Source: an uncultured Pseudomonadota bacterium | Lineage (GTDB): Bacteria > Oederibacteriota > Muellerivitia > Muellerivitales > Muellerivitaceae | Reading direction: 5' to 3' | Assembly: GCA_963770835.1 (NCBI GenBank) | Contig: CAVYRH010000003.1 | Location: 32,001-96,000 of the forward strand | DNA length: 64,000 nt | Part shown: in pieces, positions 1 through 9,602 of the stretch | Layout: each line of letters opens with the position of its first letter | Numbering within the stretch: the stretch's first letter is position 1 | Position numbers and translations under genes: made by a program | The notes under the pieces: model-generated | Told to the model about the DNA's origin: nothing | Seen by the model: only the letters and a program-made list of their open reading frames with translations | Databases searched by the model: none

Positions 1-1
1 G

Positions 2-361
2 GAGGATACGGACATGGCCATCCGGATTTGGAAATCAGGCGGGTTGATCATTTTCGATCCGGAAGCTTGGCTGACTCATTTGGCGGCGCCGACGGGAGGG
101 TGCCGCATCAACGCCCCAGTGAAGGCCAATCCGGAATGGTGGGTGCCCTTTAACCGCCTTTATTTCGCTTTCCGGCATCTTTTTCCCACGATGGAATTTT
201 GGAAGAGCGTTTTTTTCGTGGATTTCCGCCAGACCGTCCTGCGAAAGGCCCATTTGTCCAGGCCGTGGAAGATACCCGGCGCCGCTTTTTCTTATTTTTA
301 TTCGGCTTCCCGGGCCGTCCGGGCGGCTTTGGAAAAGGGCCGGCAGGAACGCGGGGCCTAG
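2..361 (+). CDS. Glycosyltransferase family 2, C-terminal part (5' truncated by window)
   Basis: Frame open from base 2: EDTDMAIR...I.FDP.A...H, matching the GT2 ED.D...R motif; context of other glycosyltransferases. Confidence 0.65.
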   Translation, partial: EDTDMAIRIWKSGGLIIFDPEAWLTHLAAPTGGCRINAPVKANPEWWVPFNRLYFAFRHLFPTMEFWKSVFFVDFRQTVLRKAHLSRPWKIPGAAFSYFYSASRAVRAALEKGRQERGA

Positions 362-421
362 GGGCCCATCGCCTGGTTTTTCCCAACCCGAAAATGGAAT
401 TTTCTGTAGAATCGGCGCACC

Positions 422-1228
422 ATGAAAAACAGTTTTGAGCTGGCCAAAACCCTCTCCGGGCGTTTTTCCATCCTCCTTGAGGCCGACCAAAGGGAGATTG
501 ATAATCCGGATCCCCATCAACCCGCCTGCCGCAATTACATGGACCGCATCGAAAAGGTGGTGGACCTCGTCCAGGGGAGATTGCGCGAGGGCGGGACCGT
601 GGCTGAAATCGGGTGCGCCCAAGGCAACATGAGCCTGTTATTGGCCGAAAGGGGTTACAAAGTCCGGGCCATCGACCTCAATCCCGAATTCCTCAATTAT
701 TCAAGGTTGAAATATGAAAAAGGGGAAATGGAGTGGGTCCACTCCAATCTCCAGGACCTGGAGGCGGACGTCCGGTTTGATGCCATTATCCTGGCCGAGA
801 TCATCGAGCATTGCGCCTGGCCGGAGAAGGTAATCCAAGGCGCCCTGGACCGCCTCCATCCGGGCGGGTTCCTCGTCGTCACCACCCCCAACGCCGAAAA
901 GGTGGGGGAACACCTGCCGACTTTTTCGCGCTTCAACGGCGAGGAAAAACGGCGGGAACTGGAAAAGATGCAGTTCGGCCCGACGGGGGAGGACCACCTC
1001 TTCCTCTTTACCATGAAAGAAATGACGGGCCTGGTCCCGCAGGGCGCGGGTTTGGTGGAACAAGGTTACCTGGGCGGAAGCCTGGCCTTCAACAGCATCA
1101 CCCACCGGTTCTTCCGCTTCCTGCCCGTAAAAACCTACAAAGGCCTCATCCGGTCGCTGGCGGTGATACCGGTCTTCAACCGGTTCAGCTTCCATAACAT
1201 TTACATGGTCCTCCAAAAGCCGTCCTAG
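422..1228 (+). CDS. Class I SAM-dependent methyltransferase
   Basis: VAEIGCAQG motif I, IDLN, FDAIILAEIIEH, LHPGGFLVVTTPN. Confidence 0.9.
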   Translation: MKNSFELAKTLSGRFSILLEADQREIDNPDPHQPACRNYMDRIEKVVDLVQGRLREGGTVAEIGCAQGNMSLLLAERGYKVRAIDLNPEFLNYSRLKYEKGEMEWVHSNLQDLEADVRFDAIILAEIIEHCAWPEKVIQGALDRLHPGGFLVVTTPNAEKVGEHLPTFSRFNGEEKRRELEKMQFGPTGEDHLFLFTMKEMTGLVPQGAGLVEQGYLGGSLAFNSITHRFFRFLPVKTYKGLIRSLAVIPVFNRFSFHNIYMVLQKPS

Positions 1229-1257
1229 GGCGGGCGTACAAAAGGAAAGGGAAAATC

Positions 1258-2799
1258 GTGGGAATTTTTGAAGGCCGCAAACAAAGCAGGATCTGGTTCG
1301 CTGGATTTCTCCTTTTTTACGCCGTCTTTGCCCTCGCCACTTTCCGCCAGTACGGAGACACCTGCGACGAGGTCGACTGTTATTCCGGCGGAGGGGTCAT
1401 GCTGAGATATTATGCGGGCCACAGCACGGAAGTCCTCAATCCCGAATGGGCCTCCCATAACTACATTTATCCGGCTTTTTTGCGCGTCCTCTCCCTCAAC
1501 AAAGGGATTATTTTAGAACGGCTTCACCTGCTCAACTTGCTGTTCGCGGCCCTGGTTTTTTGGGCCTTTTACGAGCTTTTGTTTTTATATTTAGGGGACG
1601 GCCGGTGGGCCCTGATGGGGCCGATAGCCCTTTTCCTCATGCCGCGGTTCCTGGGTGATATCCCCGCCAACCCCAAGGACGCCACCTTCGCGGTGATCTA
1701 TTTTTGTGGGTTGGCGGCCATGATCCTGGCCAAGGAATGGTTCCACAGGCCATGGGCCCGGATTCTCTTCCTGGGTTTGATTTTCGGTTTCGCCTTTTGC
1801 CACCGGGTCGTCGGCCTGACCTTGTTCCCCCTTTACGCCTTCTTCCGGATCTATGAGGAAGCGGCCATTGAGCGGAATATTCCCCGCATCGGCTGGAAGA
1901 GATGGTTGTTCGGTGAGATCGGTAATGGAGCGTTGATTTTCCTGGCTTCCCAGCTTTTAGCCTGCGCCTTTTGGCCCTACCTGGCCACGGATTATTTTGC
2001 CCATTTCCGGGAGGCCTTGGCGCAGGGCCAAAAGTTCGAATGGGACAGCCCCATCCTTTTTGGGGGCGGGTTTGTCCAGCCTTCCCACCTCCCCTGGACC
2101 TACCTGCCCGGGTGGATCGCCGTCACCACCCCTCTTTTCCTTTTGGCGTTCTTCCTGTGGCGGTTGTTGCGTTGGAAGGGGTTTTTGAAGGATAGGATAC
2201 TGGTCCTGATGACGGCGGCTTTTGTCTTCAACTTTTCCCTGTATCTTTTCCTGCGCCCCGTTATTTACAACGCCTACCGCCATTTCATGTACTTGGCCCC
2301 GATCCTTGTCTTCATTGCTTGTTTGGGGGCCGTGGATTTTTACCGGAGCGTCAGGAACGGACCCGCCCGTTGGGTGGTGGCCGGCTTGTTGGCGGTGAAC
2401 ATCCTGGTGGTGGCTTCCCATTTGGTGCGCCTTTGTCCCTATTTCTATGTTTATTTCAACGAGGTGGTCGGCGGCGTACCGGGGGCCAACGGGAAATTTG
2501 AAATGGATTATTGGGGGCAGAGCCTGCGGGAAGCCAGCCTTTGGATGAAAGACAATATTCCAAAGGTTCCGGGGAAAACCTACCAGGTCAAACTGGACGG
2601 AAGCCCGTGGCAGGAGACGAATTATTTCCCGGCGTATATGACCGGCGCCGTCAAACTCAAACCCGGGAACGCCGACTATTACGTGGTCTTGAACGGCCTG
2701 AAGGGGGCCGACCTGCCCGAGGGAGGACGGGTAATCCATATCGTGGAAAGGGAAGGCGTCCCCCTAACCTATGTCCTTCAAATGAAAGGGAAACGGTAA
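1258..2799 (+). CDS. Polytopic membrane glycosyltransferase (GT-C/PMT-like)
   Basis: Many TM segments, N-terminal 'DE' in first loop (TCDE), NPKD motif, DYWG in C-terminal region. Confidence 0.7.
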   Translation: MGIFEGRKQSRIWFAGFLLFYAVFALATFRQYGDTCDEVDCYSGGGVMLRYYAGHSTEVLNPEWASHNYIYPAFLRVLSLNKGIILERLHLLNLLFAALVFWAFYELLFLYLGDGRWALMGPIALFLMPRFLGDIPANPKDATFAVIYFCGLAAMILAKEWFHRPWARILFLGLIFGFAFCHRVVGLTLFPLYAFFRIYEEAAIERNIPRIGWKRWLFGEIGNGALIFLASQLLACAFWPYLATDYFAHFREALAQGQKFEWDSPILFGGGFVQPSHLPWTYLPGWIAVTTPLFLLAFFLWRLLRWKGFLKDRILVLMTAAFVFNFSLYLFLRPVIYNAYRHFMYLAPILVFIACLGAVDFYRSVRNGPARWVVAGLLAVNILVVASHLVRLCPYFYVYFNEVVGGVPGANGKFEMDYWGQSLREASLWMKDNIPKVPGKTYQVKLDGSPWQETNYFPAYMTGAVKLKPGNADYYVVLNGLKGADLPEGGRVIHIVEREGVPLTYVLQMKGKR

Positions 2800-2807
2800 G
2801 AAACGGT

Positions 2808-3953
2808 TTAGGAGTGGCTCCCGTGGCCTGCCGATAGGTTCCTATAGATCCCGTAGATCTGGCCGGCGATCTTTTGATTGGTGTAAAGGCCCAAGACGCG
2901 CTTCCGGCCTTTGCGGCCTAGGGATTTCCGCAGCGTTGAGGAACCCGCCAGCTTTTTAAGCAATCCCGCCAATTTCAACACGTTGCCCTCGGGAAAGATC
3001 AGGCCCGCCTTATCAATCACTTCCGGGATGGCGCCCGAATCGGAGCCGATGACCGGCACCTCGCAGGCCTGGGCCTCGATGATGACCCTTCCAAACTGCT
3101 CCTTCCAGCGCTCCGTGGTGAGGGAAGGCAGGACCAGGACATCCATGCAGTTCAAGTAATCGGGAAGCTGGGGTTGGTTCATGGCCTTTACGAATCGGGT
3201 TTTATCCGCGATCCCCAGAGCCTTGGCTTTTTCCTCCAACTCCTCCCGCAGGGGGCCGTTGCCGATAATGAGCAGGTTCGAGGCGGGGCGGGCCAGTTTC
3301 GAGAAGGCCTCCAACAGGTGGCCGATGCCTTTTTCCGGGACCAGCCGGCCGACGTAGCCCACCGTGAAAGACCCCAAACCCAATTGTTTCTTGAGTTTCC
3401 GGGAATCCTTTTTTTGGAACAGCTTGGGGTTGACGCCGTATTGGGGGATCACCGAGGTGCGGGCCGGGGGATAACCGGCTTTCTTCAGCAATTGGGCGGC
3501 TTCCTGGTCGCCGGCGATGGCGTGGTCCGCGCGGCCAAGGACGTAGCCGCGGATATGCTGGTGGGGGAACTCGAAACGCTCCAGCAGGTTTTCCCAGGTG
3601 AAAAACACCAGCTTGGCCCGTAGTTTTTGGGCGGCGCGGGCGGCCTGCCAGGCCACAAGGCTGAAGGGTTCCTCCTCGACGTGGATGATGTCGGGCTTGG
3701 CATCCAGGACATGCGTGAAAAAGAAAGGGTAAAAATGGCGCTTGATGCGGCCCTCGAAGACGAGGGGGGCAGTGATGACGCGGAACCCCTCCGTTTCCGG
3801 CGGCTGGGGCTGGGGGAAAACCCTCTGCCCGGCCTCGGGCCAGGCCTTGGGCAGCAGGAGGGTCAATTCCACATCCCTCCTTTGGCAAAGAAGGCGCAGT
3901 TTTTCGCGGTAGGTGGGGATGACGGAGCTGTGGGAGATAAAAAATATCTTCAT
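2808..3953 (-). CDS. Glycosyltransferase family 4
   Basis: YVGRLVPEKG, EQFGRVIIEAQACEVPVIGSDSG (EX7E motif). Confidence 0.92.
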   Translation of the reverse strand: MKIFFISHSSVIPTYREKLRLLCQRRDVELTLLLPKAWPEAGQRVFPQPQPPETEGFRVITAPLVFEGRIKRHFYPFFFTHVLDAKPDIIHVEEEPFSLVAWQAARAAQKLRAKLVFFTWENLLERFEFPHQHIRGYVLGRADHAIAGDQEAAQLLKKAGYPPARTSVIPQYGVNPKLFQKKDSRKLKKQLGLGSFTVGYVGRLVPEKGIGHLLEAFSKLARPASNLLIIGNGPLREELEEKAKALGIADKTRFVKAMNQPQLPDYLNCMDVLVLPSLTTERWKEQFGRVIIEAQACEVPVIGSDSGAIPEVIDKAGLIFPEGNVLKLAGLLKKLAGSSTLRKSLGRKGRKRVLGLYTNQKIAGQIYGIYRNLSAGHGSHS

Positions 3954-4076
3954 GGGATGGTGATTGGATTATATTGAATGAACTTTTCAAATCCATTGAA
4001 ATTCGGGTGGCGTATCGGTTTGCCATTCCGAGCTTTGAACTGCGAAAAGGCAGGTAATACAGCGCAGGAACAACCA

Positions 4077-4154
4077 CCCTCATCCCAACCTTCTCCCCTT
4101 AAGGGAGAAGGAGCCAGTCTCCCTCGCCCCTTGGGGGAGAGGGTGGGGTGAGGG
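4077..4154. repeat. Intergenic REP-like inverted-repeat element
   Basis: CCCTCATCCCAACCTTCTCCC...GGGAGAAGG and CCCTCGCCCC...GGGGGAGAGGGTGGGGTGAGGG nested hairpins between divergent genes. Confidence 0.55.
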
Positions 4155-4252
4155 GTGCCTTGGAGGTTGTTCCTTAGTAAGGAAAAAAGTCGATAGGCTT
4201 GGTTTGCGACAAGCTTGTGGCGCGTTGGCCCAAAACGACGAAAAACCTGAGG

Positions 4253-4338
4253 TTGCCACGTCGGCAATCGCCCCGATTGGGGCGCCTCCTCGCAATGACA
4301 CCAATCATTACGACATGGTTCAAGGTTCTCGCAATGAC
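4253..4338. repeat. Second intergenic REP-like element (two CTCGCAATGAC ends)
   Basis: TTGCCACGTCG...hairpin CGCCCC/GGGGCG...CTCGCAATGAC, with CTCGCAATGAC repeated at ~4328-4338. Confidence 0.45.
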
Positions 4339-4365
4339 AACTTAAATAAAAGGCAGGGAAGTGCC

Positions 4366-5376
4366 GTGAAAGTTCTCATTGTGAAAATCGCCGCGGTCGG
4401 GGACGTGGTCATGGCCCTTGCCATGCTGGAACCCTTCCTCCAAAAGGACCCGGACGCCCAAATTACCTGGGTTTGTGGCAAGACGGTTGAACCCCTCCTG
4501 CGGCAGGTTGGAAAAATACATGAACTCATCGTGGTGGATGAAGCCAAGCTGTTGAAGGGCGGGTTCATCCCAAAAGCCCTGGCCTTGGCCGGCGTTTGGG
4601 CCAAGCTTTTGGGGAGGCGGTTTGATTTGGCGGTGACGGGCCACTCGGACCCGCGCTACCGGCTTTTAAGCCTTCCGGCCTCCGCGGCAATCCGCCGGGG
4701 TTTCGGCAAACAAGCGGACGGAAGAACAGGGCCGGTGAGCGGACGGTATCACGCGGATGAATATGCCCGCCTGGCGACGGGGGCGGACGGCCCAACGGCG
4801 GTAAAAGCTTCCATCCCCATCCTTCGGCTGCCTTTACCGGCGGAGTTGGAACAGATTCTCCAGCCGGGAAAGAAAATCGTCGCCCTCGCCCCGGGCGGCG
4901 CCAGGAACATCCTGAGGGATGACGCCCTCAGGCGATGGCCGCTGGAAAATTACGCCCAATTGGCGGAAAAGTTCCTGCGGGACGGGTTTCAAGTGCTGGT
5001 GACGGGCTCTTTATCGGACTTTTGGATCAGGGAATCCTTCAAAAATATGGCCGTCACCGATTTAGTGGGCCAAACACCCCTTCCGGACTTGATCGCCCTT
5101 TATGGGAAATGCCATCTGGTGGTCACGCACGACAGCGGGCCGCTTCACCTGGCTGTCGCATCGGGCGTTCCGGTTTTAGCCCTCTTCGGCCCCACCGTTC
5201 CGATGGAGAAGGTTCCCGTCAGTGAAAAAGTCAGCGTGATTTGGGGCGGAGAACATTTGGCCTGCCGGCCCTGTTACGATGGAAAAAATTACGCCGATTG
5301 CAACGACAACCAGTGCCTGAAAAGCGTCGGGGTGGAACGGGTTTATGCCGAGGCCAGCCGGATGCTCCGCGGATAG
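4366..5376 (+). CDS. Glycosyltransferase family 9 (LPS heptosyltransferase-like)
   Basis: GTG start VKVLIVKIAAVGDVV, RRWP, HDSGPLHLAVA, LFGPT, CRPC. Confidence 0.9.
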   Translation: MKVLIVKIAAVGDVVMALAMLEPFLQKDPDAQITWVCGKTVEPLLRQVGKIHELIVVDEAKLLKGGFIPKALALAGVWAKLLGRRFDLAVTGHSDPRYRLLSLPASAAIRRGFGKQADGRTGPVSGRYHADEYARLATGADGPTAVKASIPILRLPLPAELEQILQPGKKIVALAPGGARNILRDDALRRWPLENYAQLAEKFLRDGFQVLVTGSLSDFWIRESFKNMAVTDLVGQTPLPDLIALYGKCHLVVTHDSGPLHLAVASGVPVLALFGPTVPMEKVPVSEKVSVIWGGEHLACRPCYDGKNYADCNDNQCLKSVGVERVYAEASRMLRG

Positions 5377-5521
5377 GACCCGCATTGGACAGTCAAAAGT
5401 AAGTTGGAGTGGCATTTTGGAAAATCAAATTGACATAAAAGAGACCATGAAAGTCCTTTTGAACGCCTGGTGTGACCGTCGTTGCTTCCGTGCACTTCGG
5501 TTCATTTTACAAGGATGGCCG

Positions 5522-5668
5522 ATGCCCATGGGTTTGACTGACGATGTGAACAACTTATTAACCGCCCTGAAACACGTCCGGTCAATGGCAAGGGATGAGT
5601 TGACTGAAAAGGAGCTATATCAAGTTGACGCCATAGTGATTCAAGTTGAGAAAGCCTTAAACCGGTGA
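5522..5668 (+). CDS. Small hypothetical protein (cassette)
   Basis: 48-aa helical ORF ending just before hairpin site 5684. Confidence 0.5.
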   Translation: MPMGLTDDVNNLLTALKHVRSMARDELTEKELYQVDAIVIQVEKALNR

Positions 5669-5762
5669 ATTGAACAATTTGAAGTTGTCCACGATAGGGA
5701 CCCGGATTGGACAAGGAATCATGGTAAAGATAGAACCGTTTTAATAAGAAGAAGGAAAATCG

Positions 5763-6260
5763 ATGATTCGCTTGAGGGAACTGGTTGAGGGGGATGCGGA
5801 TATTCTTTTTCCCTTAATTTTTAAAACGCCTGTTACCGCTACCATATTGTGGGACGGACCCGATTCCATTGATTCTTACAGGAAAGCTATGGATTTGCGG
5901 CAAGCGCAGACACGGAACGGGGAAGCCCATTTTTTCGTCATCACTGAAGTAAGCACAAATAAACCTATCGGAACTATAACGATTCGCCCGGAAGAGAATA
6001 AGCTCCGGGGCGATATAGGACTTTGGATTGGGTTGCCCTTTCAGAGAAAGGGTTATGGTACCCAAGCCGTGAAAGATATTGTGAAATACGGTTTCGAAAA
6101 ATTAAGGCTTCAGAAAATTGAGGCGACAGTCTTTTTGGGTAATTTGGGCAGCCGAAGAATTTTCGAAAAAAACGGGTTCGTTTTAGAAGGAACAATCCGA
6201 AAGGCCTCATTAAAGCGTGGGAAGCTTATTGATGAATGGCTTTTAGGGATTGTTGAGTAA
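5763..6260 (+). CDS. GNAT N-acetyltransferase, RimJ/RimL type (cassette)
   Basis: IG.WIG..FQRKGYGT, N.GSRRIFEKNGF.LEG motifs. Confidence 0.92.
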   Translation: MIRLRELVEGDADILFPLIFKTPVTATILWDGPDSIDSYRKAMDLRQAQTRNGEAHFFVITEVSTNKPIGTITIRPEENKLRGDIGLWIGLPFQRKGYGTQAVKDIVKYGFEKLRLQKIEATVFLGNLGSRRIFEKNGFVLEGTIRKASLKRGKLIDEWLLGIVE

Positions 6261-6313
6261 ATATCTTTTCAATAGTCTAAGTTTGCCTACGACGGGGACC
6301 CAGAGTGGACATC

Positions 6314-7111
6314 GTGCCAGAGGAGGGTTTGCAGAGCCAGCAGGTGAGGGAGTAGGCCGATGAGGGTCAACCCAAGTCCTGACCAGGTAATCACCAGAGA
6401 GCCTGGAAGTCAGCCCCCGGCGTAGGATCGAGAGGTCCTGCCCGAAACGGGGTCATAAACCTCATTTAGTGAGGGAACAATCCAGCAGTCCGCAACATCA
6501 AGTGAATCCTGCCGCTTCGTGAATGGGACACCGAAAGGTGCAAGGGGATGCCGAGCCGCGTGTCTACTGGCGAAGGCCACGATCCCGCTGAAGAATCTGG
6601 TAGCAAGCGGGGCAAGTCCTCCGGAGTATGGGGAACGGAATGTTGGAAAGGCTATGCAAGCAAGCTGGGAGATCCTACCCGCCAAAAGACTTGCCGCTAT
6701 AAGGCTAAAACCGAAAAGAGGCAAGGGTGGGAGGAAGTCGGAGGGGGTCACAGTACCGATGAAGGGGTGGACAACAAAACCACCCTGAGGGAAGGACCCC
6801 TGCTTCAACCATGTGTCTCAAAGAAGGTAGGCGCTGGAGCATGCCCCAAAAGGGCCAACAACTCTGTAGTACCAAAGCGCGAGGCCTTTGACAACAGGCA
6901 CTATGCCGAGCGGCCAAGGGGGAAGTCGAACCTGTAAAGCCGCCGGAGGAGAGGTTGTCGGAAAGCCGTATGATCGAAAAGGTCACGTACGGTTTGACGA
7001 GGGGGCGCTGGAAACGAAGTGATGAGGGAACCTCGTTGGGGCACGGAACCGGAAACGGGGAAACAGATCAAGGAACCCTCTGCACACCATCGCGCCAGTG
7101 CTCTACTCTGC
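6314..7111 (+). mobile_element. ORF-less group II intron, copy 1
   Basis: Starts GTGCC right after hairpin site; domain V GAAAGCCGTATGATCGAAAAGGTCACGTACGGTTTG at ~6961; DVI end CTCTACTCTGC; closely similar to the RT-containing intron at 7446 but with the RT internally deleted. Confidence 0.88.
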
Positions 7112-7130
7112 AGCCTAGAAAGAGGAAACT

Positions 7131-7385
7131 ATGAAGAAATCTGTAACGCAGCCCTGGAACAAAAAGAAGGCCATCCAGGTCGGTGGTCCGCACACGGGCA
7201 TCGAATTCTTAAAAATCCCCAAGCCCGCGCAAAGGGCCCTTCTCAACAATGGCATCCGCACCATTGCCGATCTTTCAAAAAGAACAGTGGAAGAGGTGAA
7301 AAAGTTCCATGGAATCGGGCCTTCGACCTTTCTGGTTTTGAAACAAGCGCTTCGCCAGAACGGGATAACTTTTAAAGAGTCTTAA
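7131..7385 (+). CDS. Small HhH / RNA polymerase alpha-CTD-like DNA-binding protein (cassette)
   Basis: PAQRAL...GI.TI.DL......E....HGIGP motif. Confidence 0.75.
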   Translation: MKKSVTQPWNKKKAIQVGGPHTGIEFLKIPKPAQRALLNNGIRTIADLSKRTVEEVKKFHGIGPSTFLVLKQALRQNGITFKES

Positions 7386-7990
7386 TAACCTACCGTTTTA
7401 AACTGTCATGGAAGTTGTCCACGACGGGGACCCGTCGTGGACATCGTGCCAGCGAAGGTTTGTAGAGCCAGCAGGTGAGGGAGTAGGCCGAAGAGGGCCA
7501 GCCCAAATCCTGACCAGGTAATCGCCAGAGAGCCTGGAAGTCAGCCCCCGGCGTAGGATCGAGAGGTTCTGCCCGAAACGGGGTCATAAACCTCATGCAG
7601 TGAGGGAACCATCCAGCAGTCCGCAACATCAAGTGAATCCTGCCGCGTCGTGAATGGGACACCGAAAGGTGCAAGAGGATGCCGAGCCGCGTGTCTACCG
7701 GCGAAGGCCATGATCCCGCTGAAGAATCTGGAGCAAGCGGGGCAAGTCCTCCGGCGTACGGGGAACGGAATGTTGGAAAGGCTTTGCAGGCAACCTGGGA
7801 GATCCTACCCGCCAAAAGACTTGCCGCTATAAGGCTAAAACCGAAAAGGGGCAAGGGCGGGAGGAAGTCGGAGGGGGTCACAGTACCGTTGAAGGGTGGA
7901 CAACAAAACCACCTGGAGGGAAGGACCCCTGCTTCAACCAAGCAACCGGAAAAGGGAGGCGCTGGAGCATGCTCCAAAGGGCCAACAACT

Positions 7991-9513
7991 GATATGAATG
8001 AGCCAGTCAAGCCCGCTGGTTTTTCCTTTGGTTTTATCCTACTCTTTTCCACCTCAAGGCCCTGCGAAAAGCCCTGATCTCGAAAGCCCGGCTTGTTTCG
8101 ACGATGAATCAAACTGATATTCGCGTGTTAGACCCATTGCTGGTTCCAGGGACGCAAGATTTTCATTCGTCGGGAGCTGCCTCGATCTCTGATCGTGGGT
8201 CGTCGCAGGCTTAGGCCTTTGCGCCACAGAGTTGTACCGAGGGTTCTCCAAATCGTTGCCAAGCTTCCGGAAACAGGGTTCTTCCTTCATGACCTTGTTA
8301 AACCATTCCTGTTGTTTCCTGGGCGATGGCCCACACAAATCCAGCCAACTCCCGGGCTACGGCCACCACTACTTTTTGGATGGGCTTGTTACGTTGGGTC
8401 ATTTTTAGAAACTTTTTGTACAGACGATCCTGTGCTCTGCGGGCGATCTTTAAAATCTCCACCGGACAACCCTCCCGCCTTTTTTCTAAAACCACGCCGA
8501 CCGACTTCCCATGGCGGTAACTCCAAGCCGATTCCACAAGAATCCGTCTCAAATGGGCGTTCCCGGTCTTGGTGATTCCTCCCCGACGGATTTTTCCACC
8601 TGAACTGCTTTCACATATCCCCAAACCCGCGTAACCCATGAAATTACGAGCGCTCTCAAATCGCCTCAAATCTTGGCCTTCCACCGCCAAGGTCATGGCG
8701 CTCAAGGTATCAACCCCTTTCAGGCACCTCAAATGCTTGACCAGTTTCCTGTAGGGTTCTTGGCTGGCCATCTCCTCCACTCGGCTCGTCAAACTCCTCA
8801 ACCGCTCATCTGCCTCTTGCTTCCCGCGGACATATGCCTCGAAAGTCTCATGCAGTTCCAGAGGTTCGAACTTTTGGGTTTTCAGCCATGCCTCATGGGC
8901 TGATCTCCAATTCTTAGCTTCTCGAAAGATACGACCTTGCCGAAGAAAGAAATTCGACAACCGGTGCCGGGCCTTTTGCCGGTCTTCTAGGGCATCCTCA
9001 CGAACTCGAACCAGATCCCGACAGGCTTCCTCTTGGATGGTCGGAACCCGCACTTCCGTCAGCTCTCCCGCCCTCCAAAGACGGGCCAACTTTTCCGCAT
9101 CTCGGCGGTCTGTCTTCACCCGATCCCCGGCTTTCACTGGAATTTTCCCAGGGGCGATTACGACGCACTTCAACCCCTTTTGGGTTAATTGCCGGTGGAT
9201 GTCATATCCACAAGGGCCCGCCTCGTACACAAACGTTATTGACCCTCGTCCTTCGTACTTACCCAGCATTTTCCCCAATGCTTTTGGGGTGTTCTCGATT
9301 GTAAAAATATCCTTCACATTTTCGGCCCTAGCCGGCAGGACCGCACCTACCACCGTATCCTTATGGACATCCAACCCGACCACCGTGATATTATTTTCCA
9401 TGAGCCAGCCCTCCGTATGCGGATAGGCTCCCTCAAGGAGCAACCCGCGAATTAGGGCCCTTCAACAAGGCCCGTTTTATTTTACGCAGGCCGCTGGCTC
9501 ATTCATGTTATCT
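7991..9513 (-). mobile_element. IS110 family (IS1111-like) element inside the intron RT gene
   Basis: Subterminal IRs ATGAATGAGCCAG (7994-8006)/CTGGCTCATTCAT (9494-9506), CT core on both sides, ~300 bp non-coding region 3' of the transposase. Confidence 0.88.
8298..9401 (-). CDS. IS110 family transposase/recombinase
   Basis: VGLDVHK, YEAGPCG, KTDRRDA, SSGG...GGITKTGN, VAVAREL. Confidence 0.95.
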   Translation of the reverse strand: MENNITVVGLDVHKDTVVGAVLPARAENVKDIFTIENTPKALGKMLGKYEGRGSITFVYEAGPCGYDIHRQLTQKGLKCVVIAPGKIPVKAGDRVKTDRRDAEKLARLWRAGELTEVRVPTIQEEACRDLVRVREDALEDRQKARHRLSNFFLRQGRIFREAKNWRSAHEAWLKTQKFEPLELHETFEAYVRGKQEADERLRSLTSRVEEMASQEPYRKLVKHLRCLKGVDTLSAMTLAVEGQDLRRFESARNFMGYAGLGICESSSGGKIRRGGITKTGNAHLRRILVESAWSYRHGKSVGVVLEKRREGCPVEILKIARRAQDRLYKKFLKMTQRNKPIQKVVVAVARELAGFVWAIAQETTGMV

Positions 9514-9602
9514 CCGAAGACAAGGCGCGAACCCTTCAAAGGGCGCTATACCGAGCGGCCAAGAGGAGCCCAAGCCGAAGATTTCATGTACTGCATGACA
9601 GG

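Noticed and set aside
5430..5460. Cassette promoter at TTGACA (5430)
   Set aside because: No convincing -10 hexamer at proper spacing
6410..8112. ORFs called within intron RNA domains (also 52709-53412)
   Set aside because: Shadow ORFs over structured intron sequence with no protein motifs
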